The notes under the pieces: model-generated
Seen by the model: only the letters and a program-made list of their open reading frames with translations
What the model was told of the DNA's origin: nothing
The model's database searches: none
Shown here: one piece after another, positions 24,391 through 37,200 of the stretch
Numbering within the stretch: the first letter of the stretch is position 1
Layout: the number at the start of each line of letters is the position of its first letter
Assembly: GCA_051362555.1 (NCBI GenBank)
Contig: CM120642.1
Coordinates: forward strand, 30,504,001-30,568,000
Length of the DNA stretch: 64,000 nucleotides
From: Lingula anatina
Taxonomy: Eukaryota > Animalia > Brachiopoda
Direction: 5' to 3'
Position numbers and translations under genes: made by a program

Positions 24391-27300
24391 AGATTGCTGG
24401 CAGCAGGCCTGTATGTGCACCATTTTCCCAAGATAATTATTATAGATTAGTGAGGAATTTGAGTTATTTAAAGATGCAAAACAACACTTGAATTGTATTT
24501 TAACAGCATTAAAAAATTTTATAGAAAAATCTTAATTCATAAACTGTTTTTGAAATGTATGCCTTAAGTGTAATGGCCTAAAATGTAAAACAATTATAAT
24601 ACATTGAATCACCTGTTAGAGAATAATGTTGCAAGCTTATTAGTGAAACACCTTCAATATTCTTCTTTCAGTTTGAAGAAGTAGCAGACAAAGATGACTT
24701 GATGGGTGCTGAAGACACAGCCAAGAAAGATATCCTTTTAGTATAGTAAACAATGCATTTAAAAAGTATTAAACTCTTTTTATTATGTAATTTTGTAATT
24801 GTCATATCGATTGGGACTTGTTTCTTAACACCACCCACGTTTCTTTTCCTCCAAGCCAGCTCTGAAAAATAGGTCCACCATCTTCACTGTGGGGAACAGG
24901 GGTGCTGTACTTACGTCAGAGTTAGAAGCTCCAATAATTGTTCCTCATGCTGCGCAGAAGTCAGATAAAAAGGTAACTGTATTATATATTTTGAGATACA
25001 TTGTGAATAATAAGTGATAAGTCTTGATTTCCCCATATAAGAACTACATGATAATGACTCAGACTAGTCACTTATTTATTTAGCAGGAATCTAAGATTTA
25101 CAAAATGTTTGAAAAAGATTTTAATAAATTTAAATTTGACTTTAGTTCATGGCTTAACAAGATTCGAGTGATGAAATGTAACATTTTACCATCTTCAACT
25201 CTTACAACAATATAAAATTATGTAATATGATTATAATGTTTTCTTTTTGTAGTACACCTTTGAGAGCCTCTTCCGTAGCCAGCACTATGCCCTGCTGGAC
25301 AACTGTTGTAGAGAGTACCTGTTTATTGTGGATTTCTTCATGGTGTCAGGGTCTGCAGCACAGGACCTTTTCAATGCCGTGATGGGGAAGACCATGTCCT
25401 CTTTTCTGGTAAGTGGGGGAAAGGGAGGGGGGAGGGGGGTAGACCCGAGAAGAAGACTGAGGTGCAAATTATCTGGTCTTTTGGCAGCTAGACAAAATTA
25501 GTGCAATCCTTGAAACCCCCCCCCCCCACCCCCACCCCCGAGTTGCAGACATTTTATGTGAAATTTGCAAACTAGGTACCTTGAAATTATAAAGAAAATC
25601 TGAAACTCCTACCCCCCTCCCCCCCTTTTATGGCATTCCTTATTTCTTTTTTTTCCTGTTTCAGAAACAGATGGACTTATTCACCAATGAATGTTTCGAC
25701 TCCATAGCAATATTCCTGTGCATACATATCATATACAGATTCCAGGTGGCAATGCACAAGAGGTCTGTCCCTGCTCTGGATAAGTAAGTACAACTGTGTG
25801 TAATGTATGCTAAATTGAGTACTCTGATATAATGATAATGAGATCTGAAGTTCATTATCAGATATTTTCAAGGAGACTTACAGATAATCACTCCTGGATA
25901 TGCAATTTTATAAGTCATCTAGCACTAAAGTCTTTGAAATTTTAATTTTATATGTACTGGTATATTTGCTAAAATATCTTCCACTTCTTTACAGCTTAGT
26001 ATAATTATGATGTTATTAAAAAAATTAAGAGTATTCCCATTTTAAAAAATCACCATTCTTTTCTTAGATACTGGGAGACATTGTTGGAGATACTGTGGCC
26101 AAGATTTGAGCAGATTCTTCATATGAATATACAGAGTGTGAAAGACTGTGACCCCTCCAGACTGGGGCCTATAGATACCAGGCCACACTATGTGAGTACA
26201 TGTGAATATACAAAGTGTGAAAGACTCTGATCCCTCCAGACCTTTTAGAAAAAAAAAAACGTGGACTGACTTATGGGAAAATTGTTATTTACTCCAGGAA
26301 AATTCATTTTTTGGCCAAAACAACAGTTATTATCTATTTAATACATGTAAGAGCTTCAGATATTAGCTCTTGACTGAGTATTTTGACAGCTTCAACCAGT
26401 ATCTATTCTTTGTATTTTCCAGATTGTTAGAAGGTATGCAGAGTTCTCAGCAGCTATAGTGGGTCTTAATGAGAGCTTCCCCAGCGAGAAAGTCAACAGA
26501 TTATTGGCTCTTCTGCAGGGGGAGGTAGAAAACTTTGTGCTGCGTATGGCTGCTGAGTTTTCGGCAAGGAAAGAACAGCTGATCTTCCTGATCAATAACT
26601 ATGATATGATGCTAAGTGTTATAATGGTAAGTTTCATCTCACTGACAAGCAATGGTCTCACATTCTTCCTTTCGCACATTTTCAATATGTTTATTAACAC
26701 TATTCTGAATACTTCATCAGACTGATTACAGTAAAGGAGAAAGCAGTGTAAATATGTTTGGAAGTCCATTTTTCAGGAAAGAACTCACGAGGACTCCAAG
26801 GAATCTGAGAGTTTCAAGGAACTGCTGGCAGCCAGAACCCAGGAGTTTGTGGAGGAGATCTTGGCCCCCCACTTCGGTGGCCTCATGTCCTTTGTTAAGG
26901 AGTGTGAAGTGCAGTTAGAGAAGGGGAACACAGAACAGCTGAAACACCAAGAAAGTAAGTGAATAGGAGAAGCTAGAGCAGGGATTTTGCCAGGGAAAAA
27001 GATTGGAATGAAAATGTTTATTGAAATTTTTTAAGTTTGACTCTACTTGAAGATTTCAGTAAATAAAAGTTTGAAGGGATTTATAGTTGATTAAGAGTAT
27101 TTAGAGTGGTACGTTTATCAAAAAATATTATCGTATAGATTATTTAAGAATTATTGAATATTCCCTTGTTTTGTGCAAATCTAAGTGGCGAGGTAATGTT
27201 TTTGTGATACTTTGTTTCATAGGGCGAGTTCAGCAGATAGTACGAGGGTTCAACTCCGAGTGGAAAAAGGCGATTGAATTGACCAATCAGGATGCTATGA

Positions 27301-27727
27301 GGTCTTTTACAAACTTTAAAAATGGAACACAGATTTTACAGGTAAATCCATAGCCTTACATCATCAGTTATTTATAAGGTAGAATTAAGTCACCACCCTT
27401 GTAGGAAATGTACACATACTGTAGATGCTGCAGACTTTGTGTGTCATTATCTGAAGCAGGAAGTGGGGAAAGAACTTTTATACTGTATAAACATAACAAA
27501 AAGATCATTGTTTATTGCCTTTACTTTAGGATTATTGGTTCCAGCAAAGTCACTCAAACTGGGTTGTTTGTTTCTTCCAGGGTGCCCTGACCCAGCTGAT
27601 CCAGTATTACCACAGGTTTACCAAGATCATGTCCCAGGCCCCATTTAAGAGTATGGCTATTAGGAGTGAGCTTATCAACATACATCATGTCATGGTGGAG
27701 GTGAAGAAACATAAACCGACTTTCTGA
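20853..27727 (+). CDS. VPS52: Vacuolar protein sorting 52 (GARP/EARP subunit), ~19 exons
   Basis: Spliced peptides: GVDLRQYSKQVEQEL...SIQDYIKESQNIASLH; MEQMLQSFQTDLSSISSEIQTLQEQS; FFYEFLLANERHVAKEVRDEY; RRYAEFSAAI; LIFLINNYDMML; SFTNFKNGTQILQ; LIQYYHRF...VMVEVKKHKPTF*. TGA at 27725-27727. Some internal exon edges are approximate. Confidence 0.97.
21950..22149 (+). other. U12-type (minor spliceosome) GT-AG intron in VPS52
   Basis: 5' site GTATCCTTT; branch point CCTTGAC ~10 nt before the AG; the junction restores QD-Y-IKES. Confidence 0.9.
24730..24838 (+). other. U12-type AT-AC intron in VPS52
   Basis: 5' site ATATCCTTT; branch point TTCTTAAC; 3' end ...CCCAC; the junction restores KK-G-FFSSKP. 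Confidence 0.92.
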
Positions 27728-29017
27728 GAGGTTGCCTCATCTTGATATATGAAGTCATTTCTGCATAAGTGAGGGCATGGTGTTGTCTTGATCTGTGGCG
27801 CCATCATGCAGCAATCAAGGAGATTACTTGCATCTTGATTTCTGATTATTTCATTGGTCATTATATATAAGATGACACTGATCGGTGCTGATTCTAAAAA
27901 TGGGCGTTTTCTATAGGAAACTTGTCTTGCAATATGTTATTGTGATTCAGTTTATCTTAAACAGTGGGTATTTAAAATTCATCGGTAATAGCCATAATGT
28001 CATGATTGAGATTAAAAGAAGAATGAAACAAAACTTTGTTAGTACAGCTGAGAGTCAAAAACTTCCTCCATACGGAGATAGTCTAAGTTGAGACAACGGC
28101 CTTGTGCTTACCAATAAAGGTGCAAAAATATTCAGAAAAAGGAGCATTCAAAACCAGTGCAATATTGAAATCATAATAACTTTAAAAATAGACGTAAAAT
28201 TTCTAAGATTCATATATATGTAAAAACATACCAAAATGACCACACACCAGTTTGAATAATTACAAGGTACATGTACTTTTAATAAGGTAGATATCATTTA
28301 AGTTTTCAGTCCTGTAGCCAGCATTTCAAATTTGGGGGGGGGGGGGGGGTCTTTTCATCATGAAACCAGGTGTACCTGGACCAAATGTTACCCAGAGCAG
28401 ACCCCTTTCCAGCAAAAATTGCAGTTCGGTTTACACCCCTCTGCCCTGGCTACGGGTTTGTGCTTTTATCCACTTTGAAGCACATGACAGTCACTGTTGT
28501 TATTCAGGGGATGTATTGATTGGCATATATATGACATGTTCCTGTATTCCTGAAATAAAATATTTGTGTATTATAAAATCACCTTTAAGCTTTTTCAGAA
28601 ACTGCTCAACACTCCTCTTATTGCACTAGCAGAGTGTAAATATTGTTTGAATAATTTACTGAAAATATGCAACCCCTCCAAATTTGGAATTTCAGGATTC
28701 GACAATACCATTTCAACGTCGCTGTAAGGGGTAACTTTTAAAATGAATAACGGTTTTGAAGTTCGATAAAAAAAGCACTTGTTCTGCTTGGCAACATTAA
28801 AAACGCCATCCAATTAAGAGATATCAACATATTTAGATCTACGTAGAAACTACGATGTGGGCCAAGAAAAATGCACCACGTTTTACGTCACACGGTTACT
28901 TCTCTTCGTATGACTTCAAAATTCTACATTAAATATATTTTAAACAACACAAAAATGTAATACTAAAAAATGTATACTAAATGGTAAATACGCATTTCAC
29001 TTCCAAAACGGCAGTTA

Positions 29018-29020
<3 letters not shown>

Positions 29021-29099
<79 letters not shown>
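29021..29099. repeat. (AT)n microsatellite
   Basis: Seen directly in sequence. Confidence 0.95.
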
Positions 29100-29103
<4 letters not shown>

Positions 29104-30629
29104 CGATCGATATTGGAAGATGGTGAACCGACATTGATTACTATCATCATTCTATTATCCGTTTATGGCACTTTTTCCGCCAAAACTTAAATTTTTCATC
29201 CCTCTAGACTCGAGAAGTGCTAATGTCGCTGTTAAGCAAATACATGTAGCACCTGTACTTTGGATCTAGGTCACGTTTGCTTATGGCTGCAACCATAAAC
29301 AGACAGGTAGGCCTATCTGTGGATATTTCCAAGCCAAGGAATTCTTCGAGCGATAAGACCGCAATGTTCAGAAATGAAGATCGAGAGCAGTTAAGGTACT
29401 AAACATGTATTTTTGTTGACTAATTTCAATGTACATAACCAAGAAAGCGACACAACTAACACACAGTTGCATTTTCGAATTTTACTTCCTTATCCGCCAT
29501 CTTAACGGTCACTGATACGATGACTTGACACAGGGCTCCTTCCCATTGAAACTATAGGTCTAAGTAGATAGATCCGACAGATTAACACATCTCTTGTTTC
29601 TAACGTCTCGTTAAATCATCCAAGACTCGTATTTTTTCTCAACACCAGAAAGAGGACTTAGTGGTCCTCCCTTTTGTTCGCATAACCATTTCAGATGTCT
29701 GACAGTCACTCAACAATTAAAAACCGTGTTCTCAAAGAAAACAAGATTTGAAGATACAGAAACAGATCGTTGGACAGACGACAAAAACGCTTTGAAGATT
29801 TTCTGAGGTCTATATTGCCTGGTAATTTTTCAAAACTACATGTTCCAGTCAAACAATATCGTAGGCCTATTCAACTTCAAAAATATATAATCTGCTTTTG
29901 CCTTCTTTTCGTTTAAGGTTTCCTTTTCAAAATTTTCTCGACAAATTGAGATTTCCGTTAAAAACAAACTATTTTCTACCCACGGATCATTGCTCGGTAC
30001 GTCCCTGCATGCGTTTGGATGTTCAATACCATTTTAGTTTTAAATGACCAGCCAGCCACAATATCACCGCCGTGCTTTCTTAATTGTTTCAGAAGGAAAT
30101 ATCAATATCCTACATTTAATTCAAAGATTTGATCGTTTGAATTAGGGAAGATGAGTATCTTTGCGTGGTATGTAGGCATAGACACAGAAATTAAGACTGT
30201 GGGACATTTCCAAACGTGGATAAGTTATCTTTTACTTTGCATCGATCAAAACAGCGGTATGTCTTGCTGTACAGTCACCAAATTACTTATAAAGACGCTG
30301 TTATTCTGCTGCTTTATCTGTTGATCCAATTTTATCTGCTTCCAGGCAAACACTCTATCATCATATCGTTTTGCACAAATAGAGAATGGGCGTAGGCTAA
30401 TACAACTGTGACCCGACACAAAGTACCGTCGTCAATAATTTACAGAATATTGTTCCAATACAAATTTTCACCTCTAATCTTTTGTCAGAAGCAATTAGAT
30501 TAAAAGATTGTTAAGGCTTAATTTGCTAAAAAAATAATTTTGAAAACTGCGTCCCATAATAGATTTATTTTATCTGAAATAAGAACACCATATATTGCAC
30601 GTAAGTGTTATTCGATATTCGCCGGTTGG

Positions 30630-30838
30630 TACATGTACACCCTGAGCTTCAGAGATAACTTGACACTAACCTCTTCACAATAGCCTATCTTCGTCGTGTC
30701 AAGTAACTTGACACGACGAAGATAGGCTATTGTGAAGAGGTTACTGCTGATTTATTTCAAGTAACTTGACACGACGAAGATAGGCTATTGTGAAGAGGTT
30801 AGTGTCAAGTTATCTCTGAAGCTCAGGGTGTACATGTA
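30630..30838. repeat. Long foldback palindrome with internal direct duplication
   Basis: tacatgtacaccctgagcttcagagataacttgacactaacctcttcacaatagcctatcttcgtcgtgtcaagt is followed by its reverse complement, and the inner part of the return arm is present twice. Confidence 0.9.
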
Positions 30839-31193
30839 ACACTTGGGGTCAAACTACTGATGTATTGCAGCTTCTAAAAGCAAAAGGCAAGCGTCAGTAG
30901 AATGTGTACCACAGTCACGTGACTTTTTGACACAATCATTTCTTCTACTTGATATCATAGAGAAATTCAACATTTTTTTTATTTCTTCAACATCAAATAC
31001 CACAGAACACGTGTATACTATATCACTTCTTATTGTAACGATTAGATAATTGTCTGAAATATGATTTACTGCTGATTTATTTCAATTTCGTATCCCTTTA
31101 TTTCCCTTATTGAACGTCAAATTAAATGTTTTGATATGACAGGGGGCACATGCTGCGGACAGTCTTAAGCGTGAAACAGGAATTTTAAGAAAA

Positions 31194-31231
31194 ATGAGTC
31201 TCGTCACCTCAGGTAAGTGGGATTAAATATA

Positions 31232-31286
<55 letters not shown>

Positions 31287-34200
31287 GGGGGGGGGGGTAT
31301 TACTTCACCACTGTATGTTAGGATAAATTGTATTTATTTATGTATTCTCTGAACCTTCTTAACGAACACCAGACAGTATTTACACATGTACATCTTTTTC
31401 ATTTTTCTTTTGACAGACATGGATCTTCAGAAAAGGAAAAAGCTTCCCTAGTTTATTGATGCGTCAATAAATTTTGAACGCATAGTAAGGGATGGCATAG
31501 TGTTTGTCGCTTCCGTTTTCATTTAATGCTCATTAATATTTTGCCGTCTATAAATCAAGATTACTTGAGCAAATGCTTGCTATTGATTTAAGCTGGTGCT
31601 GAAACACGTGCAGCAGAGGGCGTGAGGGTGTGGACTGACCAGCAACACAGTGTCACCGTCCAGGGCCAAACTCAAAAGGTTGGAGGTCGCAATGATCAGA
31701 GGACACTCGGCTGCTGTCTGGAGGTGAAAAAATATGGCATGGTGATGCAGGTTGTCGGAATCACATGCAGCCACTGGTCAATTGGCCAGCGTTGTTTTAT
31801 TCGGCACCAAGAGAGAGACATCGATATTGGTGTTGTTACCGGCAGATGTGCTGAGTGGACCGTTATAAGTCTTACCGATTCCTTTCTGGATATCTTGGAT
31901 GCAGGGCTGTGGTTTGGTAACGTTACGGAGGCCTTGGCAGGAGGATGGGGCGGCGTACGACGAAAACTTCCAGTTGGTAGCATAGTCAATGTGATGAAAC
32001 AAGATAACGTCGTGACGGCAAAAGTGACACAACACCACGATAGATTTTTTAACGTCTCCTGCGCTTCTACGGCTCATTTCACAGAACACGACTGCGGCAG
32101 TATTGTTGCAGTAAACAGCGTTTTATGCGGTGTGGTTGTACATGCCCCTAGTGACCAGGAAGCAGAAGTGGCCCATTTCACCGCTGTCCTGTCCAAAGTT
32201 AAGTCTGATCTGTGGTCACACTCAGATTTCACCGTGGAACTGGCAACAGGAGCAACACGTCTTAATGCTGGTAATAATACATCAAAGTTGATGTCGTGCC
32301 TGATTTTACTATGATTATTTTTATATTAAAATAGGAATGCAAAATTACTGCACATTAAATCTGAATGTTTAAGAAGTTGTAAAGAAAATACTAACACCGT
32401 TTACTGCTGTTTATGCGCTTAATTGATGTATATAGTGAAAGTCGTTTTCCTTTCATTTTAGAAATTAAACCTGTGCTTGAAGTCGACATGGCGGAATTGG
32501 ACATGGCGGAATTGGTGAATCATGCAGATTGTTGCCAGGAAAGAAGTGCCCAGTTGCCTGCTGATTCCACTTCGTACCAGCCACCTCCAGTTTCGTCTTC
32601 TGATGGTACATCAAACTTTAATTGAACTTGATATATATATTAAAATAAATTTCACAGCATTCTATGTTTTAAGTTTTCCAATGGCAAGCGTTGTAACTAT
32701 AATATTTTTCCAAATTTTGCGGGTATACATATGTCTGAAGCAGTTAAGCTTAATTAGCTATCCGTGGTAGGAGAGTAATAGTCAAGCTTGTCGACCATTA
32801 CGGTAGAGTCTCCCCCGTTGTATTAGTTCGCAAAGAAGGTTTTAGCTTCATTTTCTCTATATCTTAATATTGTGTGATTTATTCTATGCAGCAGCTAAGA
32901 ATTTTATACTCTTGTCCTGTCGTATATGAATATACAATTGGCTATCATTTTTTTCGTTTTTTGCAGAGACCGCAGAGAAGTGTTTTAAGCAGCTACTTTT
33001 AAAGGGCACGAGAAAGGAGAAACAAATCAGACTAATGGTCGTTGGTCCTCCGAAAGTTGGCAAAACACATATTATAAGACAACTTTTTGGTCAGCAGTAT
33101 GATCCGGAGGGAGACAAAAACACCAATGGAGTTGTGGTCAACTTCGGCGCTTGCGTCATCAATGAAGAATCTGCAGTAACTTGGAAAGCTAAATCAGGTG
33201 CTTTCTTTCATTAGAAGTAGTGTATTTCTTATGATAATACGCCTGTCGAGCATTAATTGGCGAGTGTAACTAAGATTTATTTTTTTACTTTATTTATTTA
33301 GAAACATGTTTTGTGATTTTCTTTTGCAGCCACGATCACTTCTTCAGATATAAGGACATTAGACTCGCCAAGTGCTTTCTTAGCGTTTGATATTTTCTAT
33401 CTCCCGAGTGTGCAACAGAGAACTGATTTTTATCCTGGTTTTTAACATTATGTAGAACATTCGTGCATGCCCTATACTTTTGTGTAGTCAAAATTATTTG
33501 AGACATTTCATAATTGACGGTTTAGCTTTAGAAAAATTTTTCGAGAACGCGCTAATCTTCTTGACTTTATTTTGTTCTAATTCTATGCACCATATTATGG
33601 TTGGATAACAGAGGAAGAACACGCAGTCACACAAGCTAGGTTGGTTGCGAAAAAAATGATTTCTGTTGAGGCGAAAGAGAAAGGTAACTTTATAAGCGTT
33701 TACTGGTAAATAAATATAATCTCAGCGCTAAAGCGAAATGATTTACGATAAGATTGCTTTTGAACGATGAGCATTATTTTGTTCTCTCTCTACAGTGCCG
33801 CTGAAATTTTAGCATAGGCTCTACTGTGCTGAGCTGCGGGTTTTTCATGCGCCCTGTCGCGGCTACCATGGAATATAATTTTCGTATATGCGATGTTTGC
33901 TTTTTTTTAACAATAGAACACTGCCCTGTGATGTAGTATTGCGTTCGAAGGGCTGAAATAATTTTTATGTAGGCCTACGTTAAAAAATATCATCCCACAG
34001 TATGTATAGCTTGATTACTTTAAACTTCTGATCATTGCAGTGGCAACTGAATGGGAAGAAATATTGATTTGTCCCAAGTGCCCGACTGTGGTTGAGCCAG
34101 GTTTGAAAGTGTGTGAAAATTGCAGTACACCTATTGCAAGGAAAAGTATGTGCTCTGTTTACAATCCCTCTTTTGATTTCCCACTGTGATTTACAGATTC

Positions 34201-37200
34201 TATTCTACATGTAAATTTTAACCGCTTAAATGTGCATATAAGTAGTGCTAATACTACATAGCAGATAAAAAGCCCTGAAATTATCTTTGATCCCGCATAT
34301 TAAATATTTTTTCCAACAAGAACCGTATTTGTCTGCCGCAGTAAAATAAAGATTAAAGCCAAGGTAGAGTATTAGAATCAAGGTTGGGCCTCCACTACTC
34401 TCTACCAGGACCATAGTTGGATTTTTCACTCAATATCTACAGATATGTCCCTGGCTAATTCATGACACTTTTGGGGTTGAGAAAGTGCACTTAATTAAAC
34501 TGTGGCCCTGGTAAATGGGAGGTACCTCTTGATTTAATTTCATTTATGTCTGATAATTAATGGGTCTACACTTCCCTCTACCAGGGCGACAGATAGATTT
34601 TTTACAGATATTCACAGATTTGTCTCTTGATAGATAGACGGTCAGACCTAAAATGACGTCTATCTATCTATCTGGAGACCTAGGCCCTATCTGTGAATAT
34701 CTGTAAAAAATCTATCTGTCGCCCTGGTAGAGGGTAGGTCTACACTATATAGCTACTAAGAATCTTTAGTCCCGTAATATAGATTTTCCATGAAACAATC
34801 TAACAATAAGATCTGATTATTATTATTATACCTTCATACAATATATATTGCTAAAAGTGCCGGAGGTGGCGGATGAATCAAGTATCCAAGTAGACCGTGA
34901 GGACTGTAATAAGCTGGAAGACGGTATCGCTGATGGTAGGGAAATTCTGATAAAGTTTATCAAGTTCAATATTTAGTAATATCCAATAACACAAGCACAT
35001 GTTTTAGATCAAAGGCGTGTCAGATTTGTCGTGGCAAGTTTTAATTACAAGCAGTTCTAGTAACATGGCTCCATAATACTGATGATAATAATATGTTATT
35101 CTATGGCTTCCTATTCTGTTCAAATTATAGACCGAGGTTGCATGTTGAGCAGGGTAGGTTTACTGTCAACACTAGTAGGGCCTACTGTTGAAACTTTGGG
35201 AGGCTAATCACAAATTTATCTACGTATGTTTTCTAGATTACGTTTATGCAATGGTGTATGAACAATACAAGTCGAAAATAAACTCTAAACCATGCTCCAA
35301 CTGGATGCTAAGCAACTGGTTTAGTCTAAGAGAGGGTGGCAGCAGCCACGTTTCCGGTACCGAAAAAGACACGATCAGATTATCAGTTTGGGATTTGGGT
35401 GGTCAGCATGTCAACTGCAGTATCAACCAAATAATCCTCACTGGTAGGGCTATTTATTTACTGGTCGTTGACTTGACCAAGGGGCTTGACCAGCCAATGA
35501 ATATTGAGGAAACGGGTATGTGTGGCAAGGACCGAGCTGTGGTAGGGGTTCCACGGACCCTTGGTGGTAATTTTTAACTTCTGTAACCTTTTTAAAGATA
35601 ACTTTACCAGTGAAACTATGCGTACCGACCTGGTTACGTTTGTAGTTGAAGTGGTCATGAACTTTTTGGTATGGGATGAGGATAGTCTTGTAAAATCTAT
35701 TTATTTTGCTTCTTTTGGGGCATATGATTATCTGAGGGAAGTTTGGTTTTAAGATATGATGGATGATATTTATTGGCACTCATTATAAAATTCACAGTAT
35801 GAAAATAGGAATTGAATATGTAATGAGAATATGGGTAAATCCTCCATTGATATTGCATCTGTTTGCATGAGTATTAAACTCGCTTTTAATGTGCTTACGT
35901 TATATCTTTCTATTTAAGGTTTTCTGGAATTCTGGATGAGGTCAATCCATCAAAATTCTGTTGGTAAGGGGAGTCTCCCTGAAGAAGCAAAAGATAATGA
36001 CAGACTTTGTCCTTCTATCATCATAGTTGGAACTCATAAAGACAAGGTAGTTGACTATGAACAGTTGTATAAAATATTTCATATATAATTGTTTTAAGCA
36101 ACATGCATGCATGCGCACTCTTGATAAATGCTGTTGAATGTTTCGGACAGTTTGATCAGAGATCGACTTGAATAAAAATACATTACAAACAAAATACCCA
36201 TTGCATAAATATCATGGATAAAAACTTTTACACAAAATTAAAAAACACGCCTCTTTTGAAACGTCATACACTTACATGTACATTTAATTAGTGTACTTAC
36301 AAATGGTCATTTCTGCGAAAATTAATGCTGCGCGTGTTTTCAATCTCCTCAATTCCAGTGTGCCACAAAATTTCATAGACCCATTCAGAACATGAAACAT
36401 GGCATCAAGGAATAATGTTTGTTCGCTGACTGAGATTTCTATCATTACCACAATCCATCAATACATTTTACAATAATCTGGGCCATTTTCTTTCAAACAA
36501 AGACTACCAGCATCTTTTTTAAATAAGATATTTTAATTTCCCATCTTTATTTTTATTGATTCAAGGTTACCCAATCTACAAAAGATGAGCGCTTAAATGA
36601 AATCCGCAAGTATCTTGAAACAAAACCACATTACGATCAAATACACGGAGTCTTCTTTGCGGTCGACAACACTGATATGGACGATCCCGCCTTACAGGAT
36701 ATTAGACAAGCTATAGAGGAGATAGCTAAACAACAGACATATTGGGGTAAAAAAAGACCAATTCGCTGGGTGCTTCTCGAAGAAAAGTTGCGTACCATAT
36801 CCAAGGAATGTCCATATGTGCATTTTAGTGAAGCTGAAAGCCATGCCAAAAAGTATAATATCAGCAAAGACGAACTGTACATTTGTTTGTCCTATTTTCA
36901 TGAAATCGGTGTGTTCCCATTTTATGATCATGGAAAGTTGGGGGCTATAGTCATTTTGGACCCGCAGTGGCTGTTCAACGCCATCAAAACTGTACTCACT
37001 CTACCACATTGCGAACACATTAAGCGTCATTCTCAGACAAAATCTTATTTGAAAGAAAAGGCTATACTGAGAGAGAAGTTCGTGAACCTTGCTTGGAAAA
37101 ATGACGACAGACTACTGGAGAATAAGAACCTGTTGCTTAAACTAATGCAGCGTTATGATCTTGCCTATCTGTACACACCCAGAAATCTAGACCTTGCGCC

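Noticed and set aside
31234-31297. ~50-nt poly(T) plus poly(G) run in Roco-caspase intron 1
   Set aside because: No associated retroelement body or TSD; homopolymer length is unreliable.
31417-31455. Alternative exon after tgacag (DMDLQKRKKLP*)
   Set aside because: It hits a stop in the phase set by exon 1, whereas the 31593 acceptor gives the open frame. A poison exon cannot be excluded.
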